Shown here one piece after another: positions 28,289 through 40,054 of a stretch of 64,000 nucleotides of DNA. This DNA is from Diplonema japonicum (lineage: Eukaryota > Protista > Euglenozoa: Diplonemea), in NCBI GenBank assembly GCA_964019335.1, contig OZ025656.1:372001-436000 (forward strand), written 5' to 3'. Both the position numbers and the translations under genes were made by a program. Each line of letters opens with the position of its first letter. Position 1 is the stretch's first letter. The notes under the pieces were generated by a model that saw only the letters and a list, made by a program, of their open reading frames with translations, ran no database searches and had not been told where the DNA came from.

Positions 28289-29584
28289 ATGGAGTTGACT
28301 CCGTTGCCGTTGCCAGCATGTGAACGGCTCGCACGCATAAGCACGAGGAGGAGGGCGGGGAGCACCGTCGGGAGCTCAACGTCCAGCGAGAGTGCGGCGA
28401 CTATATATCAGCAGGGCATTGAGGAAATGACGAAGGCGAAGGATAAAGAGATTGAGAAGATCAAAGCAAGGCTGAAGGAGGCGATGAATGATGTGGAGGC
28501 TTCGGAGCAGTCGAGGCGGGACTTGGAGGAGGAGGTTGAGGAGCTGAACGGGAAGCTGCGGAAGAAGACAAACGATCTGGAAACACTGCAGGACTTGACC
28601 GACACCCTGGACGGGGACGCGGAGCGGGCGAAACATGCCAAAAAGAAGTTCCAGAATGATTCGATAACCTGCAGGAAGGAAGTAGCCAGGTGGAAGCTTT
28701 GCAGCTTTGAATGTGAGGCGCGATCAGAGTTTGCTGAAGACGAGTCGCAGGAGCGGCAAGCCTTGGTGCTGCAGGTTGCCACTGCAGCGTCGTCTCACAG
28801 TGCGCAGCTGAGTCTAGAGGCGTCTGCACTAAGGAAGCAAGTAAAAGAAATGCAACTGCGCATGGACAACCTTGTGGAACTGGGGAGGGAGTCGCTTAGG
28901 GTACAAAATCGTGCGGAGCCTGTAATCTGCAGCAGCCACGAAGCCTTGAAGGACGACCTTGCCAACATGCGACGTGAGAAGAACGAAGCTCTTGGCGCAC
29001 TGCGCGCGGAGCGGAACTCGCATGCTGCGTTGCTTGAGAGGTACTACGCTGTAGAGGCGGCGAGGGACACTGCACTGAGGCAGCTTGCTGAGTTGCCTGA
29101 CTTGGAGAGACAGATTGAGATGTTGAGCAGGAACAAGTTGGGCGAGAGTGGTTGGCAGATGGAAAAGCAGAACCTAGAAGGGCTGCTGCGGAAAAAAGCG
29201 CTGGAGCTTGCGCAGATGACGAAGAGGCGAGACAAGGCAAAAAAGAAAGAGCAAGAAACGGTTGCGGAGCTGGTACGGCTGAAGGGTCTGATGCTATCAG
29301 ACCAACAGAACTATCAGGTGCATTCGCAACAGGCACAGTCTCAGAACCAACTTTTACTGCCACCGCCTCTCTCTTCATCGTCAGGACCATCAAGCGTCCA
29401 ACAACCTGCTTCACGCACAGAGACCCCTGCCTCCACTTGGACTTATCCTAACCCTACCCCCAGCGAGGCCACTCGCGATGCCGAAGTCGCCTTCCTCCGC
29501 TCCCGTGTCAGAGAACTGACCCACCAAGGCCGTTACGCAGCAGGCTTCTCAACTCCTCCCCCTGGAGCAGCCTGTGCACCTTAG
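28289..29584 (+). CDS. Coiled-coil hypothetical protein
   Basis: Long ORF dominated by E/K/L/R heptads with a Pro/Ser-rich tail. Confidence 0.7.
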   Translation: MELTPLPLPACERLARISTRRRAGSTVGSSTSSESAATIYQQGIEEMTKAKDKEIEKIKARLKEAMNDVEASEQSRRDLEEEVEELNGKLRKKTNDLETLQDLTDTLDGDAERAKHAKKKFQNDSITCRKEVARWKLCSFECEARSEFAEDESQERQALVLQVATAASSHSAQLSLEASALRKQVKEMQLRMDNLVELGRESLRVQNRAEPVICSSHEALKDDLANMRREKNEALGALRAERNSHAALLERYYAVEAARDTALRQLAELPDLERQIEMLSRNKLGESGWQMEKQNLEGLLRKKALELAQMTKRRDKAKKKEQETVAELVRLKGLMLSDQQNYQVHSQQAQSQNQLLLPPPLSSSSGPSSVQQPASRTETPASTWTYPNPTPSEATRDAEVAFLRSRVRELTHQGRYAAGFSTPPPGAACAP

Positions 29585-29867
29585 ATCATACAAATAGATT
29601 TTTTTTTTCCTTGACATTTATTGCTATCCGCCTCTGTTTTTTTTCCCCCATTATTATACTACCATCCCCCTCCCCGTGTTTTTTTATCCCCCCTCATAAT
29701 ATAACAATATTTCTGTTCACCCCTCACCCTCCCTCCCTCCCTCCCTTTAGACCCTTCCCCAGTTTGTAATAGATCGTTGGTATCGATAGTATTAAAAAGC
29801 CGACAAAAAAAAAAAAAAAAAAACAATGAATGACAATTTATAGCTATGTTATAGGTAAGGGTTACAC

Positions 29868-30605
29868 ATGGAATGGTCGTTGGGGGGTTTTGGGGTGGTG
29901 ATGGCGGCGAGGGCGGGGTACTGTGTGGCGAGTGACTTGACAGCGCAGATCGTGGAAGGGCGAGGGGTGGAGATGGGGAGGGTTGTAAGGTTCACTGGAG
30001 TAGGGACATTGTGGCTGTGCCCAGTGAGTTATTGTGAGTGGGTGGTGATCAATGCGGTGCTTCCTGGAACGAGTTTAGCCGCTGCTGCGGGAAAAACAGC
30101 GGTCGACCTCTTCATGGTCAGGCCCGCCAACGGACTCACTGCCATGGCTATCACCGAGGCAGTTCGCTCCCAGTCCACCCAAAAAATAGTATCCAAGATA
30201 AAACAGGACTTCCTAAAAACCCAACTCTCCACTAGCGGCCTTAAGGTTTCCCTCAACCTCGCTACGTTTCTCATGTTCTCCTCGGTGCCGAGCCAGATGC
30301 TCTTTTTAACCGCTTCTCACTTCCTTCTCAACGTCTACAACAACCATCTGATTAACAAACCAGTTTTGGAACAGCAAGACGTGGAGACAGAAGAAAGGAC
30401 GGAAGACGTCCAAGAACTTCCCACCATCCCTGTCTTGAAGCACCGGGGAGTACCTTGCACATTGGGGCTGCGTGGTGTCGGGGACATGACGCAATACTCC
30501 AATCTGAACGGATACATCGGGGTGTCCTTTGACGAGGTTAAGGCAACGCACGTGAAGGATGTTCCCCTGTCATGGACGGCATTGAAATCCTGGATGGGAC
30601 GGTGA
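29868..30605 (+). CDS. Mpv17/PMP22 family membrane protein (divergent)
   Basis: SDLTAQ, R.VRFT..G, KTAVDLF...P, KIKQDF; four predicted hydrophobic segments. Confidence 0.75.
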   Translation: MEWSLGGFGVVMAARAGYCVASDLTAQIVEGRGVEMGRVVRFTGVGTLWLCPVSYCEWVVINAVLPGTSLAAAAGKTAVDLFMVRPANGLTAMAITEAVRSQSTQKIVSKIKQDFLKTQLSTSGLKVSLNLATFLMFSSVPSQMLFLTASHFLLNVYNNHLINKPVLEQQDVETEERTEDVQELPTIPVLKHRGVPCTLGLRGVGDMTQYSNLNGYIGVSFDEVKATHVKDVPLSWTALKSWMGR

Positions 30606-30717
30606 GAATTCTTATGTATTTCTTTCTCGCGCATATTATTATTTTTTTCACAGGAAAAACAAAGAGGAAGGAAAAGAAAAAGAGTAACACACACAATCTC
30701 GCTCTCCCACCTGAAAC

Positions 30718-31947
30718 ATGGCAGGGAGCGTAGGGGGTGCGGTTGTCGGCTGCCCTGGGTATGCGGGGTACATCCCGTCTTCCCGGCAGCCGCTCACGTC
30801 CACCAACTCCACAGTGACTGATCGGATGCCGTTGATTTCAAGAACACGCAGTTCGCAGGCTACAGGCACAAAACCATCGTTCACGGCAACAGAGGCCGAC
30901 ATCATCAGGGACCCGACGGGCGTGTTCATGCCAAAGAGATCCACGGAAACAACGCTTTATTCCACACAGGGCACGTTTCGACCTGATCCAGGGGATTGGG
31001 TACAGCCTAAGACAAAACGTGCGCTCCTTGAGTCGCAAGGACAAGGGCAGACATCGACGGCGGGCGGGCCAAAATTCTCAGCAAAATCGCTTTACAACGA
31101 AACGAATAAAATGGAAACAAACCGCCCGACGAACTACTACTCGAGTGTGCAGCAGGCGGAGATGAAGGGCGCCGAAGAAGACCTGACTGCTTCGTTTAAA
31201 AACACGCGGTCGAGCGCGAGGCAGCACCAGCCAACAGCGAAGAAGCAAGTAACACGAGTCGAAGCGGCAGCGGGTTTGGAAGCACCGAAGTTCGACCTCC
31301 CACCAAAGAGGAAGATCCTAGGAGCGGAGCCCATCAGCGCGTCGGAGTTTGTGAAGTTCAAAGGCGCCCATGAAAGCAAATCCTCATCTCAGAAAGAGTA
31401 CGGGGCACGAGGGTACGTCCCTGCCGCCAACATCGCAGCAACAGTTGAAAAGATGAGCATGGCAGCCACCACTTCTGATCTGTTTGCAGGGACGGCGAAG
31501 TCTGCATTGGGCCTGCGGCTGCCTGGGTACATGGGACACGTCCCTTGCGGTGATGCATCAAAGGGAACTATGAAGAGAACGAAGCCGGATCTTTTGAAGC
31601 AAAATTCGCAAAATGTTCGGTTGATGTCAACCTCTAGGAAGACCCTCCCGGGGTATTCGGGCTTCGAGCCGAAGAGCCTTGAAAACGATAACGGAATGCC
31701 CAACAGACCCGCAACGCACCTCACATCCACAGGCGTAGCGGGGGCCTCCGTCCTTGCTGGTGAAACTGAAAAGGCAATGAACAACACCACCCATGCCAAA
31801 CAGGCCGGTATTCGCATGTTCTTCACTCAGGGTGGCGGCCAACCCGACCATTCTATCTCCGAACAGTACTATGTGAAGTACCGTCCTATGGAAGGTTCAC
31901 TCAAGATGGGTGCCCGCTCTGAGCGTACTATTCCTGTTGCTAAATAA
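30718..31947 (+). CDS. Probable axonemal microtubule inner protein (FAM166/CIMIP-like PGYxGxxP repeats)
   Basis: Repeated PGYAGYIP, LPGYMGHVP and LPGYSGFEP in a largely disordered protein. Confidence 0.55.
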   Translation: MAGSVGGAVVGCPGYAGYIPSSRQPLTSTNSTVTDRMPLISRTRSSQATGTKPSFTATEADIIRDPTGVFMPKRSTETTLYSTQGTFRPDPGDWVQPKTKRALLESQGQGQTSTAGGPKFSAKSLYNETNKMETNRPTNYYSSVQQAEMKGAEEDLTASFKNTRSSARQHQPTAKKQVTRVEAAAGLEAPKFDLPPKRKILGAEPISASEFVKFKGAHESKSSSQKEYGARGYVPAANIAATVEKMSMAATTSDLFAGTAKSALGLRLPGYMGHVPCGDASKGTMKRTKPDLLKQNSQNVRLMSTSRKTLPGYSGFEPKSLENDNGMPNRPATHLTSTGVAGASVLAGETEKAMNNTTHAKQAGIRMFFTQGGGQPDHSISEQYYVKYRPMEGSLKMGARSERTIPVAK

Positions 31948-32476
31948 AAGGGAGTAGGGGAATAGGGATTTTGAGGTTTTTGCTAACACTTCTCAGTGCA
32001 TTTTGTTTTTCTTCTCGTCCCTCCCTCCCCCCGCCTTTTTCTTCTTTCTTGTATTGGGGGATTTCCACCCCCCAAAGGGTGAGAGAAAATGAAAGTAAGA
32101 AAAGGAGGGGAAGACAATGTTGTGTTACTCAAGTGAGTTTTGCAAAATTTTCCGGAGCCTACAAATAGAGTTGTGGTACCATTGGTGGTAGCATTTCTAC
32201 AGGAACTAGTTTCCTGTTACGAGCAACAAAAAAAAAAAAGAAAAAAAAAACACCCACTCTTGTTGTAACATACATTTACGAAAGAAAGCCTACCTCCCAC
32301 ACCCAATCCTTTTACTTCCCTTCTTTAAACCCCCCCCCCCCCAATTCCTTTTTTCTTGTATGCCAAAAAAAAAACTTCCCCCACTTTACTATTTCCCCCC
32401 CCCATTCTTTCTATCCCCTTGGACAAGGCCAGTATAGTAAAAGAAGGAGGGCATGAGGTGCATGAAAATATAGAAT

Positions 32477-34481
32477 ATGAAGCAGTTAATGATAATGAGG
32501 AGGTGGTGCAGTAGCAGTGCAAGGGCACTGTCTGATCAAGAAGTTAAGGAGTTGAAACGGGACATCACAAGCAGAGTGGGCAAGACGGTAGCAGCATCAT
32601 GGATGCCTGAGTTCGCGTTTACATTCGTGACGGAGTGCATGCTTGAGGACGCTGTGAAGAAGGTACACGTACAAAGGGGACTTGAGGCAGACGATCCTGT
32701 CCTAGGCCTGAACATCGCAGTAGTGAAGGAAGAGGACTGGGCTCCGCAGAAGGCCGCCAATGTCCTCCCCTTTCGTGAGACGAAACTTCGCAACACGCAC
32801 GACATGTTCAACCAGCTCCGGTCCGAGATCAATTGGTCACCAGAACGGCTATGGGGGCTTCACAAAGGCACGCCTGAAAGAAAATATGTCAAAATCGCCT
32901 CGGCCGGATACTTCCCTGTGTCTGAACAACCACCGACGGCCTGGGAAGGCCCATCTGAAGCAAATCTTTTCATCGATCCCGATGACACTGGTGTTCCGAA
33001 GGTGTACATACAACTGTGCGAACAGTTGCCTCCGTTGTTGTGGATTCCCGTCCAGCCGAAGCCGTACGCCGTGCAGAGGGTGCTGAGGGAGGTAAAGCAG
33101 CGCATGGCAGAACACGCTACAGAAAGCAGGGAATTCTGGGAAGAACGCATGCGCAAGGGAGAGAATCTAATCATCGACAACACGGATTTCCACGAAGGCG
33201 GCCGCCCCGCCCTTGAGTCGTCCGACCAATGGGAGCGTGCAATGAACCTCACTGCTGTCAACGCGCTTCTCCCCAACGGTGAGATGATACCGGGCTGTCC
33301 TGGACGCTCAGCAACTGTTTACCTAGGTCCATGGGTCAGCGGTGACAGCATGTGGGAAGACACACAAGCTGTGAACCCCCTCTTGCATGCCTGGCCGGCA
33401 TACCGAACCCACACAGGTGGGCACCTTATCTCAGAAACCGTGGCGAGGAAGTACCAGCAAGGGAGCGAAGCGGGCGGGCTCGACAAAAGCGTGTGGGTCA
33501 CACGGTTCTCAAAATCCGTGATCGTCTTCCACCACCGTTTTGACATCAGCTTCATCAATCAGATGCAATGGGCCGAGGGTTGCGCACATGCCTCGAGAAC
33601 CCTCGACAAGGGTGTCCTTGACCATCAGCACATCTCAGCATTCCCAACCTTCGACAGGGTGAAGCCGCACCCCGACATGGGACGGCACCATCAGTTCGCC
33701 ACGATATACTACCCGAAAACGCAGATGCTGCATGGCGGGAAGGTGATCAAGAAGTTCAACGAAGTGCTGCAATGCGAACTGCCTGAAGACGTACCGGTGG
33801 ATGTGGCGGGGGCGCTGATGTGCTGGAGAAACCAAGGGGAGGAAATACTGCTGAGAGACATAGAACAGAAAGAGATTGTGACGAGGGACCTTCCAATCAA
33901 GAACCACCAGGAACTGATAGTGGATCTGGCAAACCCGTGGAACCTGTACGCAGAGTCGATAGTAAAACTAGCAGTGGTGGGGTCGAAAAACCTGGGCTTC
34001 CTATTGAAACGCCTCCAGAAGCACTCATCCCCTGCTGTCAGATGGGCTGTTGCAAAGTCTGCTGCACTGATCCTCCGACAGGTATGAGGTGGCACGTGCC
34101 TATGCCTATCGAACCCATTTACTGCAGGACATCCTTCGTAAGATGTGGGTTGCAGAGCACGACGCGGTTCTCAGCACAGCTATCAATTATATGACGCACA
34201 GTTTCATCGGTAAAGTGCTTGGAAACCGTCACACAGCAAAAACAAGAGAGGGCCGTGTGGAGACCTGGATGAAAGGAGGCCCCATGGACCCCGGTGCGCA
34301 GGTTTTGAAAGCGGCGATCGAACCGAAAATGCATAAGGTGGCGCCACCCCGAGCGTCGGTTGCACAATCACGTCTACAAAAAGGAAGAGACCGCAGGTCA
34401 AAGCACTTGTCTGAAAGCAGAGTACAGAACATCCGACCGAAGGAACTAAGTGAAAATAACCCGTTTCACCGTACTCGTTGA
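32477..34481 (+). CDS. Hypothetical protein, likely mitochondrial (exons 32477-34081, 34128-34481)
   Basis: MRRWCSSS presequence-like N-terminus (start could be a few codons downstream). Two ORFs join in frame across a GTATG...CAG intron (LILRQ|DILRKMW). Confidence 0.7.
34082..34127 (+). other. Spliceosomal intron, 46 nt, GTATGA...CTGCAG (no A-tract)
   Basis: CAG|GT...CAG|G. Contains the in-frame stop and joins two long ORFs. Confidence 0.8.
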
Positions 34482-34587
34482 AGCGGGGGATCGATTGTTT
34501 ACGCTCACATAATCAGTCTCAAGAATTCCAGCGTTCATCATGCAAGAACCAACCCTTCCGAGGGAACTTTGTAAAAGATTTTCGGGG

Positions 34588-34626
<39 letters not shown>

Positions 34627-34754
34627 AGATGGGCTTTAGAGATAGCGTTATTTTTTTTTTTTTTTTTTTTTTGCTTTGCCTCTTCGCTGTAACACTCACC
34701 AAGGGTTTGGAGAAGGTTGCCCTACCCCTACCCCTACCCCTACCCCTCGCACAC

Positions 34755-36935
34755 ATGAGCTTTGCGGAAGATGTACGTGACATCCAAGCAAACCCCCCTG
34801 AGAATGTTATCGCAGTAGAAGTCTCCGATTATAATTTAGAAGTTACACTGCTCAACCCCTGCGAGTCATTCACGTTGGTCTTCCCAGATGGGTACAAGAC
34901 GAGTTACCCTAAAGGAGAAGTCAGCGCTGTAATATACAGCAACTACGAAGAACTGAAAGAAGGTCGCCTGAGAGACCTCATCGCACAGCTGAATCAAAGT
35001 ATCCCAAAAACGACAAAAAAAAAAAAAAAGAAAACAAAACAGAAATAAGCTGCCGTGTGCCACGAGAGGGGACAATGTCAAGTGACAACTTTGGTGAAGA
35101 AGACGAGGAACTGGACGACGACTCAGACGGGATGCTGGGGGCTCCGTCGATGGAGATCGACTACGAGCAGCCACCCCACCCGCAGTTCTTAAAAGACGTC
35201 CAGTACGTGAAGGACCGCTACGGGCCGGACTTCATTGACTATGACGAGTTGAAATTCCTGGACACAGTAGTGGTGACTCTCCGTCTCCAGCTTGACTACT
35301 TGGACGGGTCGGTTTGCCGTGCCTGGGGGCTTGCCCCTAAGAAAGAACGAAAACCGCTGTGCCTCAAACTATCCTTTTCGAGGACCGGCTACATCGAAAC
35401 CTCCAAGCACGATGCGGAATGCTACCAAGAGGGAAGGGAGTGGTGCGGGCTGGCGGGTCAGCTAACGCGAATCATTAAGAATTTACTTGAGACGCTTTGG
35501 AAAGAACAAATGTCTCGTGGGAAGCCCCCCCCGGGGTTGGGGCAGCTCGTTGAAATGGGTTTCCCTGAAGACAAGGCAAGAGAGACGTTGGACGCGTGCG
35601 AAGGTGATTTTGTAAGAGCGTCACAATTTCTGGCGGAGGGGAAGGACCCCGTGACGGTGGGGAAAAAAAAGCAGAAGAAAACCGAGGGCGATGGAGACGA
35701 TAAGAAACGAATCCCAATTAAGCAATATGGGCTGCTGGTGCAAATCATGGACTACGCCCACCACCGTATACCTACATGCTCCGAGTTTTGTGTTATCTGC
35801 GACAAGCACCATGTTTTCTCATCCGGTGCCATGCTTAAAGCCTCAGTCTGCACAAGGGAAGTGTGCGCCTTTGCCTTCCAGCAACTCAAGGTCGGAGCTG
35901 ACGCAGCGCAAGACATAGCTACAGATGCAGGCGTCGTTGACCTGCTGGTGGTGCTTGCGAAATATGCATGCGAGTCGAGCAGATGGACATTAATATTCGA
36001 ACCTTTCCCTACTAGTATGCTTTTCTTTCTTTTCTTTTCTTTTCTTTTCTTTTCTTACACATTTTTAACAGTTTTCGACCCTGATAACCCGTCTAAGAAG
36101 ATCCTACACCCCGACAAGAAGAACATCGAGTACGCGAGGGAAATATTCAAGTCGTTTCCAAAGGTGAGGCAGCTCATACAGGCAGACGCTGCGCTTGAGA
36201 TGAAACAGCGGATGGATGAGACAAGCAAGTGGGCGTACCCCCTTCTGCAGTGGATTATTTCGTCGAACACGTCGCATTTAGTGAAGCTGCGCAGCGACTC
36301 GAAGCAAATGATAAAAAGCATTTCTACCCCTCATCAGTTCTTGATGCTGTCTGCGTCGCTTGAGAAGCAGAACAAGTTCAACGAGCTGAAGAAGAGACAC
36401 AAGACCATCTTTGCATTCCATGGTTCGAGCTGTGAAAACTGGCATTCTATGTATGGGGAGGGAAAAAAAAAAAAAAAAAAAAAAAAAAAACACAGCCTTC
36501 GAAACGGTTTGTACAACGCAAGCGGTACGAAGCATCAGGTCAACGGGGCCGCGCATGGGGCTGGGATCTACCTGTCTCCTAGTGCGTCGGTGAGCTACGG
36601 TTATTCTCAGTTGGGGGTGTCGGAGAATTCTTCGAACTCCGGGAGGAAGAACAAGGACACAGATAGACTCTCAGACGAGTTCATCTCAGAGGGTTTTGGA
36701 TGTGTTGCAATCTGTGAGGTGGTTGATCATGATATCCGGCGTACTGGGGATATCTGGGTGCAGCCCCACTCTGACCACGTGGTCACCCGCTTTTTCTTTG
36801 CCTTTGACTCCAGTATGTGTAAAACAGATTACAATAACAAACTTTGCAGACCACCAACCGAATAAGTATTTGAACACCGAGGACAAGGTTCTCGTAGAGG
36901 AACTGAGAGCAGCCATTGAGACGTTCCAACAGTAA
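34755..36935 (+). CDS. PARP6/PARP8-like mono-ADP-ribosyltransferase with inserted UBA domain (exons 34755-34998, 35043-36014, 36072-36450, 36496-36812, 36850-36935)
   Basis: CVICD..H...LK..VC.R..C.FAF, FHGS..ENWHSILRNGL (restored by splicing), GAAHGAGIYLSP, HVVTRFFF. UBA motif LVEMGFPEDKARETL...GDFVRA. Confidence 0.9.
34999..35042 (+). other. Spliceosomal intron, 44 nt, A-rich (A15 run)
   Basis: A|GT...AG|AA, phase 1, joins the upstream ORF in frame to the PARP ORF. Confidence 0.75.
36015..36071 (+). other. Spliceosomal intron, 57 nt, (TTTTC)n pyrimidine-rich
   Basis: In-frame insert. Removal gives FEPFPTIFDP, matching the PARP6/8 FEPYP.V.DP pattern. Confidence 0.85.
36451..36495 (+). other. 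Spliceosomal intron, 45 nt, GTATGGGGAGGG(A)28CACAG
   Basis: Removal restores the conserved WHSILRNGL motif. Confidence 0.93.
36813..36849 (+). other. Spliceosomal intron, 37 nt, A/C-rich
   Basis: Removal restores a PARP6/8-like terminal helix LNTEDKVLVEELRAAI. Confidence 0.78.
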
Positions 36936-37311
36936 AAGAAAAAGGAAAAAAAAAAAAAAAAAAAAAAGATGAGGGGGAAGTTTTTTTTTATAGTAACATT
37001 TCTCCATTTAAAAAAAAAAGTCGAGAAGAAGTACTGAGGAGGGGAAATCTTCGATTTTGAAAGACTTTTCTTTTTGAATTTTTAAAGGTATCGGGGGGGG
37101 GGGGGAGTAAAAAGAGTGAGAAGAAAAAAAAAGAAGAAGGAAGAAGAAAGAGAGCGTGGCCACAAGGAAGACGTCCCCCAAAGAAAACTCTCTTCGGAAA
37201 GAAAGGTTTTAGAGGTGCACCAGAAGCAGAAATGACACCTCCCACACTCACCCTACATTTTTTTTATTACTCTAGCCTTTCGCTGGGTGTGCTGACTGGA
37301 GGAGGGAGAAA

Positions 37312-37342
<31 letters not shown>

Positions 37343-37821
37343 GCGATAACTTTCATTAGACGGTTCTTTTCCCATTTGTTCTAGTTTCTCTGCACCGCTA
37401 CGGTTGTCCCCCTTACCTTTACATTTCCACAAGCCCTTCCCCATTTTTATTTTTTTTATTTCTCTTTTTTGTCTTCCGACCGGAAACAAAACAAAAAAAA
37501 AAAAAAACGTAAACACTACTACGAAAAACACGGAGAGCTACAGGGCAACAACTCTTCCGTGTCTCCAAGTAGCAGCCTGTTCAAGTATGTTCAGAGTCAA
37601 GACCTATATCAAAAGGGAACACATTTCTCAGGAACCTCTCCCTCGTCTTCTCGGAACCTTCCGCTTGTGCGTTGTCCTTGTGGCTGACCTATGCTTAAAG
37701 GCCGTTCCGGTGGCTCTGCGGCCTACACACCACTTCAAGGTCCCACACCCCCTTTTCTTTCACAATCCCTTTAAAAAAAAAAAAAAAAAAAAAAAACACA
37801 CCATAGGTTACGGAGGCAACA

Positions 37822-38258
37822 ATGGCTGATATCGATGTGCTAGCACTGTTGGAGGACGTGACTGTCGAACCGAAGGATAAGAAAGAGAAGAGGCGGTCGG
37901 GTGAGGATCGCGAGAAGGACAGGGAACGGAGGAGGCGGCGGAGCTATGACAGCAGCGAGCAGGTATGCGATTCAGACAAGGCTAGAGACCGAGACAGGGA
38001 TAGGCGGTCTGACAGGGACAAGAGCAGAGATGGTGAAAGAGACAGACGGTCAAGCAGAGATAGACGATCCAGTAGAGACGACAGAGACAGAAGTAGGAGG
38101 AGTGATAAAGAGAGGGACAGGACCACGGACCGCAAGGAACCCAAGGAAGACAAAGAGGAAGAATACACTGTGAAAAGGGAGGAACCTGTCGTAGCTGTGA
38201 AGGAGGACGATAAAGACACTGAAGACAGAAGTGAAAAACGTGATCGTGACAGGAGAGA

Positions 38259-38290
<32 letters not shown>

Positions 38291-39723
38291 GCGATCGAGA
38301 CCACGATAGGCGTGACCGTGACAGGGACAGGGACAGAGATCGTGACAGGGACAGGGACAGGGACAGAGAACGGCGAGGCGACAGGCGTAGTAGAAGAGAT
38401 GATAGGGACAGGGACAGGGACAGGCGCAGGAGACGTGACGACGAAGATAGGGACAAAGAAAAGAGGCGTGAGAGGAGGGACAGAGAAGAGAGGGAAGACA
38501 AACGTAAAGCCCAAAAGGCTGAGGAGAAACCCGAAAACACAATGCCGGAGCTCACTGCAGAGGAGAAGATGGCACGCTCCATCGAAAGAGACAAACGTAC
38601 TGTGTTCGTGTCGCATTTGCACCCGAAGGTCGAGGATGTTGAGCTTTTCGAATTTTTCAGCAAAGCAGGCAAAGTGCGTGATGTCAGACTGATCACCGAC
38701 AAGAACGGGAAGTCCAAAGGCTTCGGGTATGTCGAGTTCTACGACCCCTCCAGCGTGGCAGGCGCCATCAACCTTGCGGGCATGACCATCAGAGGACACC
38801 CTGTTGCTGTGAAGCTCTCAGAGTCGGAGAAAAATGTGCAAGCACAGCTGGCAGCGAAGGCGGCGCAAGCGGCAGCAACTACCAAGTTGTACGTCGGCAA
38901 CCTGCACCCGAAGCTCACGGAGGACGACATCAAAGAGGTGTTTAAGCTGCTTGGTGAGATCGAGAGCGTCACGCTGGCAAAGGACACGAAGAATGAGGAT
39001 GCTAACTGGGCGTACGTGAAGTACAAGAACCAAGACGATGCGAAGAAGGCGCTGACACATCTCAACGGCGAGGAGCTGTTTGAGATGAAGATCAAGATCG
39101 GTCTTGTGAACGACGGTGACGTACCTGTGGAGAGCGGGGACGACCCGACCATCTCTGGGACGGAGAAGCTGGCCTTGATGAACAAGCTCTCTAGGGGCGA
39201 GATTGCAAAGCCGGACCTACCGCCAGCACAATTGCAGACAGGGGGTGCACTACCGCCGCCACCTGGGATGGCTCCAATGCCACCGATGCAGCATCCAGGG
39301 ATGCACCCTGGCGTCCCACAAATGATGCACCACATGGGCATGATGCACGGGATGCCTATGCCTATGCATGGGATGGTTGGCGCGCCACAGATGGCTTTGC
39401 CTACCATTGCACCGCAGAACCCTGCCCTGCGGGAGACTACGTGTATTCGACTCTCTAACCTGTTCGACCCCGATGAGGAGGAGGATGATGACTTCGACGA
39501 AGACATCAAGGAAGAGGTTGCCGACCAGTGCAACAAGCTCGCTCCGCTGCAGCACATCTTCGTCGATAAGTACTCCAAGCAGGGCGAGCTTTGGCTACGC
39601 TTCGCTACCAGCCCCGACGGCCAAAAGGTCTTTGACAGCATGAACAACAGGTGGTTCGCAAAACGACAGATAAACGCCCAGTTCGTCCCCCCCTCCGTCT
39701 ACATGCAACGATTCCCTGCTTAA
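37822..39723 (+). CDS. RBM39: RBM39/CAPER-family splicing factor (RD/RS-rich region, 2 RRM, UHM)
   Basis: RDKRTVFV, SKGFGYVEF, KLYVGNL, C-terminal UHM LSNLFDP...RWF. (GACAGG)n repeats encode the RD tract. Confidence 0.9.
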
Positions 39724-40054
39724 GCCCCCTTTCATATTCGCTTTTTCAATTCAGTGTATTTTCTTCTTTTCTTTCCCCCCCCCCCACCACCTCGCTCCTT
39801 TCCTAAAGACTTTCCTTTAAAAAGAAATTAAAAAATACGAATGGGGTTGTAACTCCCGTCGTTTTTTTAAACCCTTTTTTTTTGTGCGCACACTTCCTTT
39901 TAAGTTTTCTTTTTTAGTGTTAAAACCCGTTTCTCCCCCCCCCCCCCCCCCCCCGTTCTCTTAACTTGAAAACCCAAGTTACTTTTTATATCTATTCAGT
40001 GTATTTGCTTGAAGAAAGAGAACACAACTATCAGGTCAGAAAAGGAAAAAAAAA

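Noticed and set aside
37963-37980. GTATGC donor-like site in RBM39
   Set aside because: The frame is open and sensible without splicing; the nearest in-frame acceptor gives only 18 nt.
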